Positions 29,626 through 39,855 of a stretch of DNA of 64,000 nt are shown here, in pieces. This DNA is from Candidatus Latescibacterota bacterium (GTDB lineage: Bacteria > Latescibacterota > UBA2968 > GCA-2709665), in assembly GCA_963662665.2 (NCBI GenBank), contig CAXXJS010000061.1, positions 96,001 through 160,000 of the forward strand, in the 5' to 3' direction. The notes beneath the pieces were generated by a model. It saw only the letters and a list, made by a program, of their open reading frames with translations. It made no database searches and was not told the DNA's origin. Within the stretch, counting starts at the first letter, position 1, and each line of letters opens with the position of its first letter. The translations under genes and the position numbers were made by a program.

Positions 29626-30096
29626 ATGCGGTTCGATATTGAACCTTTGAGTCAATCAGACGCCGAGACGATCGCTACATGGCGTTACGAGGGCGAATTC
29701 GCGTTTTATGATGCGGAAGCGGATCCCGAAGACTTGGCGGAGCTTCTGGATCCCGCACTTCGAGGCGACTCCATGTTCGCCGTTCGGGAGGGCGCAGGCG
29801 AGCTAATCGGCTACTTCGCGTTCCAGAACGCGGATGGCGTGGTGGATTTCGGTCTGGGGCTTCGCCCGGACCTGACGGGGAGGGGTTTGGGGGCGGACTT
29901 TGCCCGCGCAGGCCTCGGTTTTGCAAGAACCCGATTCTCGCCGAAGACCATCCAGCTTCGGGTCGCAACATTCAACAAACGGGCGATCAAGGTCTATCAG
30001 CGAATCGGTTTCACGGAAGTCGAATACTACATGAATCGGTCGAACGGCGGCGAGTTCGAATTCATCCGAATGGAATTGGTCGATACGCCAGAATAG
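29626..30096 (+). CDS. GNAT acetyltransferase
   Basis: GLGLRPDLTGRGLG and VATFNKRAIKVYQRIGF motifs. Confidence 0.9.
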   Translation: MRFDIEPLSQSDAETIATWRYEGEFAFYDAEADPEDLAELLDPALRGDSMFAVREGAGELIGYFAFQNADGVVDFGLGLRPDLTGRGLGADFARAGLGFARTRFSPKTIQLRVATFNKRAIKVYQRIGFTEVEYYMNRSNGGEFEFIRMELVDTPE

Positions 30097-30181
30097 CAAG
30101 CAGGGTTGAAATTGTGCCAGCGTTGGGAAGCGTAGCTTTCCTGGTTCCTGGATTCAGTATCGCAAGTGATATCGAGCGAAG

Positions 30182-30637
30182 ATGGCTAAGCAGAGTGTTT
30201 ATCTGGATTCAACGATTCCGAGTGCGTACTACGATTCAAGAACACCAGAACATCAGGGACAGACCATTCAGTTTTGGAACCGCCGTTTACCGGACTATGC
30301 ACCGGTAATTTCAAGTGTCGTCCTGTTGGAGATTCGTGCCACTCCAAATGATGAAAGGAGAACGCGTTTAGAAAATCTGGTACAGGACTGCGAGGTCCTG
30401 GTGTTTGACGAAGAAGCCGACACGCTGGCTCAGGAATATGTTACAAGGGGGATTTTTCCGGAGAAATATGTAGATGATGCAAATCATGTTGCCGTTGCGG
30501 TGACCAACGGAATTGGGTATTTTTGCAGTTGGAACTTCACGCACATCGTAAACGTGAATATTCGACGAGAGGTCAATCTTTTTAATGCGTTGAAGGGTTA
30601 TGGACCGATAGAGATTATCGCTCCGCCTGAACTATAG
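30182..30637 (+). CDS. PIN-domain (VapC-like) toxin
   Basis: VYLDSTIPS, DDANHVAVA, SWNFTHIVN and IIAPPEL motifs. Confidence 0.85.
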   Translation: MAKQSVYLDSTIPSAYYDSRTPEHQGQTIQFWNRRLPDYAPVISSVVLLEIRATPNDERRTRLENLVQDCEVLVFDEEADTLAQEYVTRGIFPEKYVDDANHVAVAVTNGIGYFCSWNFTHIVNVNIRREVNLFNALKGYGPIEIIAPPEL

Positions 30638-30647
30638 GAGACCCGGC

Positions 30648-30833
30648 ATGAGGGAAGTGACGCAGGCAGAGAAGGAGACAATCCGGGAGGAAGTTCGGAA
30701 GGAATTTCCAAATGACGGAATGATGCAAGAGATACATTTTATTCGCCAGGTGCACTACCTGCAGTCGAAAGAGATGTCCCTGGACGAGCGGCTTCGATTC
30801 TACGGTGGTGAACGCCGGAAGACGTCGGTGTAG
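30648..30833 (+). CDS. Small putative partner (antitoxin) of the PIN protein
   Basis: 61 aa, AGGAG RBS, 10 bp after the PIN gene; EFPNDGMMQEIHFIR. Confidence 0.65.
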   Translation: MREVTQAEKETIREEVRKEFPNDGMMQEIHFIRQVHYLQSKEMSLDERLRFYGGERRKTSV

Positions 30834-30990
30834 CGAAATCATTGACAAGGCGATGGCGCGACCTTGATAACAGCCCTCTATTGCCTGGAGCGAAGGGGGC
30901 TGTTGACGTATAGAGAATGTCAAAGTATCAGGATTCGGAGATGGGAGATCCTCTGAGGACAGACTTTGTTGCAAGGCAGGTGTCGACACG

Positions 30991-31512
30991 ATGCACCTAT
31001 ACAAAGTAACTGCGCCCCGAAAGAGCAGGCTGTTCAATCCAACGAAATTCTATCGTACTCAGGATTTTCGGAGCAGCAGTCCGCGGCCCAAACCGGGCTA
31101 CATTTCGGAATGCCTGCTCTATGCCGGCGACTTTGACGAAATTTCAATTCACCTGTTTCCAAAGATCCACCGAATAAGAGTCAGGAACTCGGACACCTCC
31201 AGGAGCGAGCTCTCGACCCTGGGATATGAGACGGACCCGGGAAAGCGGTGTCTCATCTTCGTGAATAAGGGGGATGAGACGCAGATAATGGCGTTTGTGG
31301 CCAACGTCTATATTTTCGAGGATCGCCATTTCACGAAGACGCCCAGCAACGAGTACATTTCCAGAGAACCGGTCGAAGCCATCGGATCGGAATCGTATGC
31401 GATGCCTGAAATACTGCGCCGTTGGGGCATTCAACTGGTTTTCGTCGACTCGGTGCCCGAACTATCCTTGGTTCTCACCAACGCTTGCGTCGACTATTCT
31501 TATCAGACGTGA
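30991..31512 (+). CDS. Hypothetical protein
   Basis: 173-aa ORF co-oriented with neighbours; no motif recognised. Confidence 0.65.
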   Translation: MHLYKVTAPRKSRLFNPTKFYRTQDFRSSSPRPKPGYISECLLYAGDFDEISIHLFPKIHRIRVRNSDTSRSELSTLGYETDPGKRCLIFVNKGDETQIMAFVANVYIFEDRHFTKTPSNEYISREPVEAIGSESYAMPEILRRWGIQLVFVDSVPELSLVLTNACVDYSYQT

Positions 31513-31766
31513 ACGGTGATCGGCCCGTATCAACCAATTGCGTGTATTCTGCATAAGATCGACGTACGCACCCGAAGCCATTATACGACACCACACGTGA
31601 CACGATAAATGCCACCGACGATCCGATCGGCTACCTCTGGTGTTCTGTCCCAGAAATAGGTTGCCTATATTCGGCCGTCGAGTCGCCCGGCTCGCAAGGC
31701 GCCACCGACCTGCGTAAGTTCGGCAAGCGAAGGCAACGCCGCGAGACGGGATGAATCGGTGGTCGA

Positions 31767-32114
31767 ATGGCGAGGAATTTTTGGGACAGGGCGATAGATT
31801 CAATTGCCGGGTTCGTCGGAATCGGACCCAGCCGGGATCCGGTGGATGAACGCCTCGGCGAAATTGATACGATCGCTGTCGATCCATCGCACTGGCGCGC
31901 AGGAATTGGCAAGGCATTGATGTCCGTCGCATTGCGTTATCTGGTTGCAGACGGCTACAACGAGGCAGTCGTGTGGACCGTCGAGGGCTACGAGCGGGGG
32001 ATCGCTTTCTACGAGGCCGCGGGGTGGCGCCGCGATGGTGGCGTCCGGGATGGTGGGCGACAAATCCGCTTCAGGCGTGAATTCACGAATGGGTTCCCGG
32101 AATGGAAACATTGA
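31767..32114 (+). CDS. GNAT acetyltransferase, probably N-terminally truncated
   Basis: IAVDPSHWRAGIGKALM and FYEAAGW motifs; the usual N-terminal third is absent. Confidence 0.7.
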   Translation: MARNFWDRAIDSIAGFVGIGPSRDPVDERLGEIDTIAVDPSHWRAGIGKALMSVALRYLVADGYNEAVVWTVEGYERGIAFYEAAGWRRDGGVRDGGRQIRFRREFTNGFPEWKH

Positions 32115-32653
32115 CTGAACGCCTGCGCCTGAGGGAGTTCACCACGAATGACGTGGACGCCGTCGCCGAGTTCAGGAAGGACCCGAGGTACCTGGAATAT
32201 TACTACCGGCCTCCTTACACGAGAGAAGAGTGCGTCCGCTTTGTAGACAAGTGCATCGCATGGTCCAGGGAAAATCCGAGGGCCAGATTCCAGCTGGCTA
32301 TCACAGACCGATCGGGCGAGGTATTGCTCGGTAACTGCGGAGTGCGTACAGAAAGCATTGAGAGCCGACGAGGCGACGTCGGTTACGAGTTGTCGCCCGC
32401 TTATTGGGGCCAGGGATTTGCGTCAGAGGCGGTCCGGGCCATCCTGCAGGTAGGTTTTGAAGATTTGAGGCTGGACGAGATCGAAGCGAGATGCGTTGTT
32501 GCAAACAGACGTTCTGTCCGGCTTCTCCACCGGCTAGGCTTTAGGGAGGCGGAGCGCATACCGCCCGGACCGGGCAGAGACGAATTTGCAGACCGCATGT
32601 TGCCCGAGCGGTGCGTATTCCTCCTGGATCGGGACAGATGGATTCACGGCTAA
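32102..32653 (+). CDS. RimJ/RimL-type GNAT acetyltransferase
   Basis: TERLRLREF, VGYELSPAYWGQGFASEA and NRRSVRLLHRLGF motifs. Confidence 0.9.
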   Translation: METLTERLRLREFTTNDVDAVAEFRKDPRYLEYYYRPPYTREECVRFVDKCIAWSRENPRARFQLAITDRSGEVLLGNCGVRTESIESRRGDVGYELSPAYWGQGFASEAVRAILQVGFEDLRLDEIEARCVVANRRSVRLLHRLGFREAERIPPGPGRDEFADRMLPERCVFLLDRDRWIHG

Positions 32654-32716
32654 TCAGGTCTTGACGCTTGATTTCGGTACAGTATTCTTTATCACCGCAA
32701 TAGAGGTATTAAGTGC

Positions 32717-33496
32717 ATGCGAATCGCCATCATCTCCGATATCCACGGGAATATCGTGGCTTTTGAAGCAGTCTTGAACGATCTCAAAACAGAACACATC
32801 GATCGCGTTGTGTGCCTGGGTGACGTCGTCTCCGGAGGTCCCCACCCCGGTGAGGTCATTGCCCAATTGAAAACGCTGAATTGTCCGGTTGTAATGGGCA
32901 ACATGGACAATTGGTGTCTCGACCCACAACCAGGTGAAGGAAATAGCAAGAACGCCAAACGAGGAGATGAAGTTCAATTATGGGGTGTCCGTAAGCTATC
33001 GTCTGAAGATCTCAACTACATGCGCACGTTCCAGGCAACGGTCGAGGTACCTCTCGATGCAACTACCAGTTTTCTTTGCTTTCACGGTTCCCCACATTCC
33101 AATGAAGATGTAATCGTCTCAACCACTTCAGATGAGGAATTGGAACGCATGCTGTCTGGTTATCGCGCTATGGTATTGGTCGGGGGACACACGCACACGC
33201 AGATGATTCGTTATCACGCAGATAGCACGATAATCAATCCTGGAAGTGTTGGTGCTCCAATTCATGCGCACGAGCGCATACGCCGGGTTACTCAACGACC
33301 GTTGAGAGATATGCGCGATAGGGAATATCCTCCCTGGGCAGAATATGGAGTTATCGGTTGGGAGAACAGGAGCCTTCGCATCGAGTTACGTCGCGTGCCG
33401 ATTGATGTCGATCTGCTGGTGAAAGAGACGCACGAGAGTGGGATGCCACACGCCGATTGGTGGTTGAGTTCGCGGTATGGCGATTCGGTGAAATGA
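32717..33496 (+). CDS. Calcineurin-like metallophosphoesterase
   Basis: SDIHGN, LGDVV, GNMD, HGSP, GHTH and NPGSVG motifs. Confidence 0.92.
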   Translation: MRIAIISDIHGNIVAFEAVLNDLKTEHIDRVVCLGDVVSGGPHPGEVIAQLKTLNCPVVMGNMDNWCLDPQPGEGNSKNAKRGDEVQLWGVRKLSSEDLNYMRTFQATVEVPLDATTSFLCFHGSPHSNEDVIVSTTSDEELERMLSGYRAMVLVGGHTHTQMIRYHADSTIINPGSVGAPIHAHERIRRVTQRPLRDMRDREYPPWAEYGVIGWENRSLRIELRRVPIDVDLLVKETHESGMPHADWWLSSRYGDSVK

Positions 33497-33537
33497 GGCA
33501 TCGGTGGAGACTACAATCTTAGCTGGGAGGAAAATCT

Positions 33538-33906
33538 GTGAGCGTACATCGAATCACCGCGATGGTTCCAATAACGGATCTGGATCAGGCCATTGCCTTC
33601 TACACGCGGGGTCTCGGTCTGCGGGTCGTTCGCCGCAGGGATGATTGGGGTCACGCCGTGCTTGAAGGTGAACATGGTTGCCAGGTGATGATTGACCGTT
33701 CGACACGAACGGAATCGAACGCCTCGACTGTCGTCTATTACTATACGTCCAATATTGAAACCGTACGGGACCGCTTGATCGCCGCCGGATTCGACCCTGA
33801 CCCCATCGGCGTAACTTTTTACGACATGAAGGAATTCAGAGTGCGGGATCCCGATGGGAATCGGGTCTGGGTCGGGGCGCGTGCCCGTCCTGAGAAGCGT
33901 TCTTGA
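33538..33906 (+). CDS. VOC family protein
   Basis: DLDQAIAFYTRGLG and EFRVRDPDGN motifs. Confidence 0.88.
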   Translation: MSVHRITAMVPITDLDQAIAFYTRGLGLRVVRRRDDWGHAVLEGEHGCQVMIDRSTRTESNASTVVYYYTSNIETVRDRLIAAGFDPDPIGVTFYDMKEFRVRDPDGNRVWVGARARPEKRS

Positions 33907-33968
33907 GACTGTTCCGGGATCCAATCGAAATACGATCCACCATGATGGACCACGGAATACAAGTTTTA

Positions 33969-34161
33969 GCCCCAATTCAAAAAAAACAGCAGCACGGCGA
34001 CGCGACGAAAACCCCTGAAACGGGGCGTAACGGTCGTCAAGAAGGACGTTTTTTCAGTTCACGTCCAGTGACTTGGTGTATCCTGGTAATCCGAAGTCAA
34101 ATCGCCTTTATCTACTTGCATATATTCGGTTTTACTTCCCCGAAGAATTGCGAATCAAGGT
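33969..34161 (+). mobile_element. 193-bp MITE, copy 2
   Basis: TA|GCCCCAATTC...CGAATCAAGGT|TA; collinear with copy 1. Confidence 0.8.
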
Positions 34162-34191
34162 TAGGAATCGACTAACGAAAGGAATAACTCC

Positions 34192-35094
34192 ATGAGCAAT
34201 CACATCGTCGTATCGAGCATTTCGTACGCCCCGATCAGTGGTGATGACGAGAAGGTGATGAAGCAGACCCACAAGGACCTGAAGGACCTGGTGGGGCAGG
34301 TCGCCCGGGCGACCACGCCCGATCTGGTCGTCCTTCCGGAGACCATCTGTCGGACGTGTGACGAGGACGTGCCGGAGGGGCCGACGACACAACTGCTGGC
34401 CGGCCTGGCAAGGGAGTATAACTGCTATATTACCGTGCCGGTCCATGAGAAGGAACGCAAGAGCGGGGCGATCTTCAACGTTCTCGGGCTTCTCGACAGG
34501 CAGGGGGAACTGGCAGGAGTCTACCGCAAGTACATTCCGGTCTACCCGGAATTCGACCACGGCACCCGTCCGGGTCCGGGCGCAACCCTGATCCGCACCG
34601 AATTCGGGCCGGTGGGCGGGGTGATCTGCTTCGATCTGAATTTCGGTGAACTGCGGGCGCAGTACAAGAAGCTCAAGCCGAAACTGCTGCTTTTCAGTTC
34701 CATGTATCACGGCGGGCTGGTGCAGAACTTCTGGGCGCTGGACGTGCAGGCCTACTTCGTCGGCTCGGTGTACAGGGGGACGCCCTGCACCATTATCGAT
34801 CCGCAGGGTACCACCCTGGATACGAGCAATAACTACCGGAGTTGGGCCTCCGCACGCATCAATCTGGACTTTGAAGTCGTGCATCTCGACAAGAATCGGG
34901 CCCGGTTCGACGATATCCATCGAAAGTACGGCGAGGCCGTACGCATCGTCACCACCGGGGAGGTGGGCACTTCGGTGATTTACAGCGAGACGCCGGAACG
35001 CACCGCGGCCGACATTGTCGATGAATTCGAGCTCGTGCGGCTGTACGATTATTTCGAGTGGTCACGGGAACTGAGGACGGAACATCTAAAGTGA
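34192..35094 (+). CDS. Carbon-nitrogen hydrolase (nitrilase superfamily)
   Basis: Glu-Lys-Cys triad contexts VLPE, YRK and ICFDLNF. Confidence 0.88.
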   Translation: MSNHIVVSSISYAPISGDDEKVMKQTHKDLKDLVGQVARATTPDLVVLPETICRTCDEDVPEGPTTQLLAGLAREYNCYITVPVHEKERKSGAIFNVLGLLDRQGELAGVYRKYIPVYPEFDHGTRPGPGATLIRTEFGPVGGVICFDLNFGELRAQYKKLKPKLLLFSSMYHGGLVQNFWALDVQAYFVGSVYRGTPCTIIDPQGTTLDTSNNYRSWASARINLDFEVVHLDKNRARFDDIHRKYGEAVRIVTTGEVGTSVIYSETPERTAADIVDEFELVRLYDYFEWSRELRTEHLK

Positions 35095-35354
35095 GCATTG
35101 CGATGCACGCCATCGGAGACCGGTAAGTCAATGCAAGTCACGTTTCTCGGAACATCCGCGGCGCCTTCGCTTTCGGCGAAGCGGGCTTCTCAAGGACAAT
35201 GCACGGGTCTACGCGACGCACCTTTCACACGAGGGATACCTGGAACACGACGAATTGGACAGGTACGCCGCCGACCATGGATACAGAGTCGCGTTCGACG
35301 GATTGGCGCTGACTATCGATGGGTGAGATCAGTACAAGCAGCACAAACAGGGCA

Positions 35355-35407
35355 AGTGCTCAGGAACCGGCTCGGCTTCTGCGACTCCCCCTCAAGGGGG
35401 GAGTAAT
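35355..35407 (+). repeat. ~53-bp palindromic repeat; inverted copy at 43048-43100
   Basis: CCGGCTCGGCTTCTGCGACTCCCCCTCAAGGGGGGAGT occurs at both sites in opposite orientation. Confidence 0.75.
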
Positions 35408-35493
35408 CGCAACGTCAACAGGCTCGCGTTCATTTCCGCATGTTTGGTTGCGGCTGGACAACACGACAGCCGGTTGAGGCTGGAACGGATACC

Positions 35494-36585
35494 ATGGAAA
35501 CCATTCGCCCCATTCGCGAGTCGGAACTCGAGGAACTCCTCGACCTGCTCTGCCTCGTGCACAACCCCAAAGGCCGCGAGCGGTACCGGCGCTACATCAA
35601 AGGCGATCCGACGTGGCGTACGTCACAGACACCGGTTGTCGTGGTCGACGGCCGGATCGTGTCGACGCTTCGGATCTGGGACCGCCGGGTCCACGTTGGC
35701 GCCACGCCCTTCCGCATGGGCGGTATCGGCGGTGTCACCACCCATCCGGACTACCGGAAACGCGGCATCGCCACGCGGCTGATGGCGCACGCGGCGGAGT
35801 ACATGCGTGACGATGGATTCGACCTGGGGCTGCTGTTCTCAGCGATCCCGGCACGCTTTTACCTGCGTCTCGGGTGGTGCTGCGTGCCGCTGACGGGTTT
35901 TCGGGCCGAGTTGCGCAGTGCTCCGAAGCGCGAGCGGTCGGCACGCGAAGTTCTGCCTTTCGATGAGACTCGCGACCTGGAGGAGACGGTCGCGCTCTAC
36001 CAGCGGCACAACGCCGGCCGCAGCGGCAGCATGTTGCGTCCGCGTCCCTACTGGGACTACGGTCCCTCCCGCGTGCGGGGCGTGCTGCCCGCGACCGTCG
36101 TCCGCAGCCCGGATGGTCTGTGTGGATACATCAACTGGGAAGCGAACGGCGACGGAGTCGAGGTGTACGAGGTTGCATACGACAACGGCACGTCCCTGGA
36201 TGCTCTTGTGCAGTGCGTGCTTGACACGTGCGCGGATGCCGGTGTGACGCGAATAAGCGGAGCGATCCCCCACAGCCATCCCTTTGTGGACGCGCTGGTC
36301 GCAGCCGCTGACGCGGACCTGGAAATCACGGGCGACAACTCGATGATGGTGCTGCCCTTCGAGCTCGGTTCGCTCGTCGGCAGGGCCGTGCCTGAAGCCG
36401 CGGAATTGGCTGGCAGGCTGCCGGTCGATCTGATGTGCCGGCTCCTCTTTGGCGAGACGTCCGGCAGCGATCTGGGATCCATCCTTCGCGCCCGCGGCAT
36501 CTCACTGTCGACCGAAGAAGCCCGCCAACTCGACGAGGGGTTCCCCCGCCGCGAGGTCATCTTCTGGGCGCCGGACCATTTCTGA
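35494..36585 (+). CDS. Eis-like tandem GNAT acetyltransferase
   Basis: GGIGGVTTHPDYRKRGIA and FYLRLGW motifs plus a second GNAT-like domain. Confidence 0.85.
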   Translation: METIRPIRESELEELLDLLCLVHNPKGRERYRRYIKGDPTWRTSQTPVVVVDGRIVSTLRIWDRRVHVGATPFRMGGIGGVTTHPDYRKRGIATRLMAHAAEYMRDDGFDLGLLFSAIPARFYLRLGWCCVPLTGFRAELRSAPKRERSAREVLPFDETRDLEETVALYQRHNAGRSGSMLRPRPYWDYGPSRVRGVLPATVVRSPDGLCGYINWEANGDGVEVYEVAYDNGTSLDALVQCVLDTCADAGVTRISGAIPHSHPFVDALVAAADADLEITGDNSMMVLPFELGSLVGRAVPEAAELAGRLPVDLMCRLLFGETSGSDLGSILRARGISLSTEEARQLDEGFPRREVIFWAPDHF

Positions 36586-36861
36586 TGCCCGGGTGGCCAT
36601 CTCGCCAAAGACACCGGACCGGGTCATCCGATACGAGCGGCGCTCGTTGTGAATAGGATCAATTGCCATCACACCTGTTCAAAATCGGCTGCGTTCTTGG
36701 GGACAGCAGTGGCCCAAAGAAGGTGACCTGTATTGGCGCCACGTAACGACTTTCAAGAAAACCAGGTACTTATGCGTTCAAAATCGTCATTTCTAAATTA
36801 TCTTGGACAGCAGTGAATTGGCATATTGAATCAAGATTCGATTGACATGTGGGGGATTCTG

Positions 36862-37209
36862 ATGATTGTCAGATCCGAGGCTGCAAAAGAGGTCACATTC
36901 GAAGGTCTTAAGGTTCGAGACTATACCCCATGTCACGACCACAGTTCTTCATTGGCCACGGTCGAGGTACCACCGGGGATGCAGCACCGGAAAGCGCGGA
37001 CAACGCGTTCAGACAAATACTACTTTGTGATGGATGGAATCGTACGTTTCACTTTGGGTTCCAGCGAACACCAACTCGAAGCGGGAGACTTCTGTTTGGT
37101 GCCGAAAGGAATCCACTTCAAGTACAGCAATGACACTTCAGTGAAGGCGGTCTTGCTGTTGGTCCATACCCCCAGCTTTGATCTGTCGGCGGAGGTTTTC
37201 GAGGATTGA
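36862..37209 (+). CDS. Cupin domain protein
   Basis: VEVPPG..H, YYFVMDG and LEAGDFCLVPKG..F motifs. Confidence 0.85.
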   Translation: MIVRSEAAKEVTFEGLKVRDYTPCHDHSSSLATVEVPPGMQHRKARTTRSDKYYFVMDGIVRFTLGSSEHQLEAGDFCLVPKGIHFKYSNDTSVKAVLLLVHTPSFDLSAEVFED

Positions 37210-37418
37210 ACCCCTTGTCCATACCGAACTTTTTTGTGGCATCATCCGCTGCGATTCTGCATTGGTATTCCTTTTGGATGGCATATAGAGTGAAACGCTG
37301 CGTTACATTCGTATGTGCAGCATAGTCGCATCCGCGCATCATTTTCAATCTGCTTCGCAGCTTTGCAACAGGAGGCTCTGTAATCGAAGTGCGGGCCGGG
37401 CCGGACGGGAGTACAGGT

Positions 37419-38351
37419 GTGGAAATCTTCGACCATGGACGTGTATCCCGATCCGACGCGGTCTTGCGGAGGATTCTTGACGCCGTTAACCGGACGGAAG
37501 AGATCACTTCGATCGCCAGCGACATCGAGCTATTCGTCCAGGAATACGGATTGATCGCGGCCCATCTCCGAGGGTTGCACCTGGAGACCGGGCTTGTCGT
37601 CATTGTCAAGGTCGGCACGAGCGCGCGCGAGAACTTCTGGTGCCGGGAACTCCATCGCCATTGCCCCGACCTGGTCCCACGAGTATATGCCGTGGGATCC
37701 CGCATTGGGGATATCGACGTCCACTGGATCGCATTGGAAGCCATCCCGTATGGGCCTCTCGGGGATTCCTGGAACGGCAGGGAGTTCGAGTTGATGCTCG
37801 ACGCGGGGATTCGGTTCTATCGACACGCGAGGCTGATCGATGACCCCACGCTGGGCGTCACGACGCGGGGCGAAGTTTTCGGCTGGCTTGAGGGCGCAGT
37901 CCGGCAGCGTTGTCCGGGCGCGGTCGATATGCTTCTATCGAGACTCGACGACCATTGGGAGTTTATCCTCGCGAAGTGTGGATCCGAAACCTGCTTCGAA
38001 GACTTCCACCTGTGCAACGGATTGATGAGAGATCCGCCTCCCGACGGTGACCGCGCGGTCCTGATCGATATCCATCCGAATTGCCGCCCGTGGATCCTGG
38101 ATCCGGCATATCTCCAGGTCCTGAATTCTGGAGACAGGAATCGGCCCGGTAACAGGGACCTCGTCCCCAGAATGGCCGCCAAACGCCGCGACGCGGAACT
38201 CGCGAGCCTTGAGGGATCCGACCTGGATGCCGCAACGAAAATTGCCCTGGGTTGGATGGCCGCCCGTCAGTGGCGACCTGACCTGGTGGATTCGCAACCC
38301 CGTTACCGCGACGCATTTCAAGAGTTCATTGACAGCGCCGCAGAAGTGTGA
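37419..38351 (+). CDS. Divergent APH-like phosphotransferase
   Basis: VIVKV, LVPRVY, FEDFHLCN and VLID motifs; start codon uncertain. Confidence 0.65.
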   Translation: MEIFDHGRVSRSDAVLRRILDAVNRTEEITSIASDIELFVQEYGLIAAHLRGLHLETGLVVIVKVGTSARENFWCRELHRHCPDLVPRVYAVGSRIGDIDVHWIALEAIPYGPLGDSWNGREFELMLDAGIRFYRHARLIDDPTLGVTTRGEVFGWLEGAVRQRCPGAVDMLLSRLDDHWEFILAKCGSETCFEDFHLCNGLMRDPPPDGDRAVLIDIHPNCRPWILDPAYLQVLNSGDRNRPGNRDLVPRMAAKRRDAELASLEGSDLDAATKIALGWMAARQWRPDLVDSQPRYRDAFQEFIDSAAEV

Positions 38352-38357
38352 ACGACA

Positions 38358-39227
38358 ATGCCGTATACATCCATGAACGGCTTCAGGATGTACTTCGACG
38401 TGCGGGGCGAGGGAGATGTCATCGCGTTCGTCCACGGGGGATTTCCTTCGCTCGATATGCATCTCCGCGCGGATGCGACCGGTGCATGGGGGTGGGAGAT
38501 GGACTTCGCGTCGGAATTCAGGTATGTGATGTACGATCGGCGGGGTTGCTGGCTGTCATCCCGTCCGGAGTCGGGCTATGACCTTGAGAACCAGGCACGT
38601 GACCTGGCCGAACTGCTGGACCACCTCAATATCGAAAGCGCGCACGTCATCGGTTCCTCCGCCGGAGGTCCGATTGCGATCCTTTTTGCAACGCAATACC
38701 CCGAGCGAGTCAGGACACTCGTCTTGGCCGGGACCGCGGCGCATCTCTGGCCGGATGACGACACGATTACCGGTATTGTCAAGAATCAGTTGGCAATACT
38801 TAATAAACAGGGTGATATATCGGCATGGAAGAACCGGCCGGATGGCGTCGAACTTTCTCTCGACGTTCTCTGGGAACGCGACGAGATGGAGGAGCGGGGA
38901 GCCCTGGCGGAATACGAGGAGCGAGTCAAAAAGCTTGTGGCGAAATCCAGCTTCCAGGAACGCGTTGAGTGGTACGGTACCCAGTTGAAATCTATTGACG
39001 CGTACCTTGACAGAGATTTAACCGTCGAATGCGGCCGCATATCGGCGCCAACGCTTGTGGTGCACGGAGCCAGAGATCGCGAAGTGCCTGTGGATTGGGG
39101 CAGGGAACTGGCAGCGAAGATTCCCGGCGCTGAATTCCGGGTGTATCCGGATAAACCACACAGCGTGGTCCACGGAAGCAAGAGCGTTCGCGAAGATCTG
39201 CTGGCGTTTTTCCGCAAGGCAGGCTGA
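38358..39227 (+). CDS. Alpha/beta hydrolase
   Basis: FVHGG, YDRRG, GSSAGG nucleophile elbow and HGARD motifs. Confidence 0.9.
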   Translation: MPYTSMNGFRMYFDVRGEGDVIAFVHGGFPSLDMHLRADATGAWGWEMDFASEFRYVMYDRRGCWLSSRPESGYDLENQARDLAELLDHLNIESAHVIGSSAGGPIAILFATQYPERVRTLVLAGTAAHLWPDDDTITGIVKNQLAILNKQGDISAWKNRPDGVELSLDVLWERDEMEERGALAEYEERVKKLVAKSSFQERVEWYGTQLKSIDAYLDRDLTVECGRISAPTLVVHGARDREVPVDWGRELAAKIPGAEFRVYPDKPHSVVHGSKSVREDLLAFFRKAG

Positions 39228-39264
39228 AGACGCCAACACCATAATACAGTTGAGGGATGAGCGA

Positions 39265-39810
39265 ATGGCTGCAAGAGTTGTTGAACATCGACGACACTCG
39301 ATGAGGACGAAACCAGGCCAGCATCTTTCTCAGGCCGGTGTCGACCTCGCCAGGAGCGTGGGGGAGGGGATGACCGCATTCGCTAAAGTGTACACGAGTA
39401 CCATCCCCCGCGCATTCGAAACCGGTATTGCCATGGGATATGCGGTCGACCATCAGGTCGAACTGCTCGCTTCCATGCCTTCGGACGCGGAGATCTCTTT
39501 CGATGAGGGATTTGACGGATTCTCTGCCTATATTCGTCAACATCCAAACTGTGTCGTCGCGAACTTCGCCAGAAAACTGGCCGCGTTTCACCTGGACGTC
39601 GCCCGGTCGCTCCCGGACGGCGGCCAGGCACTGATTATTTCTCACGGGGGATTCATCGAAGCCAGTGCGGTCGGTTGCCTGCCCGACGCGGACCACGGTG
39701 TCTGGGGGCCTTCCTGCAACTACTGCGAAGGGGTCAGGTTGACGTACGACGAAGGGGTGTTCACGGAGTGCGATATTCTCCGGGTCCCTGGCACCGTCCT
39801 TCTGAACTGA
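39265..39810 (+). CDS. Histidine phosphatase (phosphoglycerate mutase)-like protein
   Basis: RRHS, TSTIPRAFETG and LIISHGG motifs. Confidence 0.75.
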   Translation: MAARVVEHRRHSMRTKPGQHLSQAGVDLARSVGEGMTAFAKVYTSTIPRAFETGIAMGYAVDHQVELLASMPSDAEISFDEGFDGFSAYIRQHPNCVVANFARKLAAFHLDVARSLPDGGQALIISHGGFIEASAVGCLPDADHGVWGPSCNYCEGVRLTYDEGVFTECDILRVPGTVLLN

Positions 39811-39855
39811 CCGTCCAATGAGATTTATCCATGGACGGTCTTCCGCGAGGACCTC

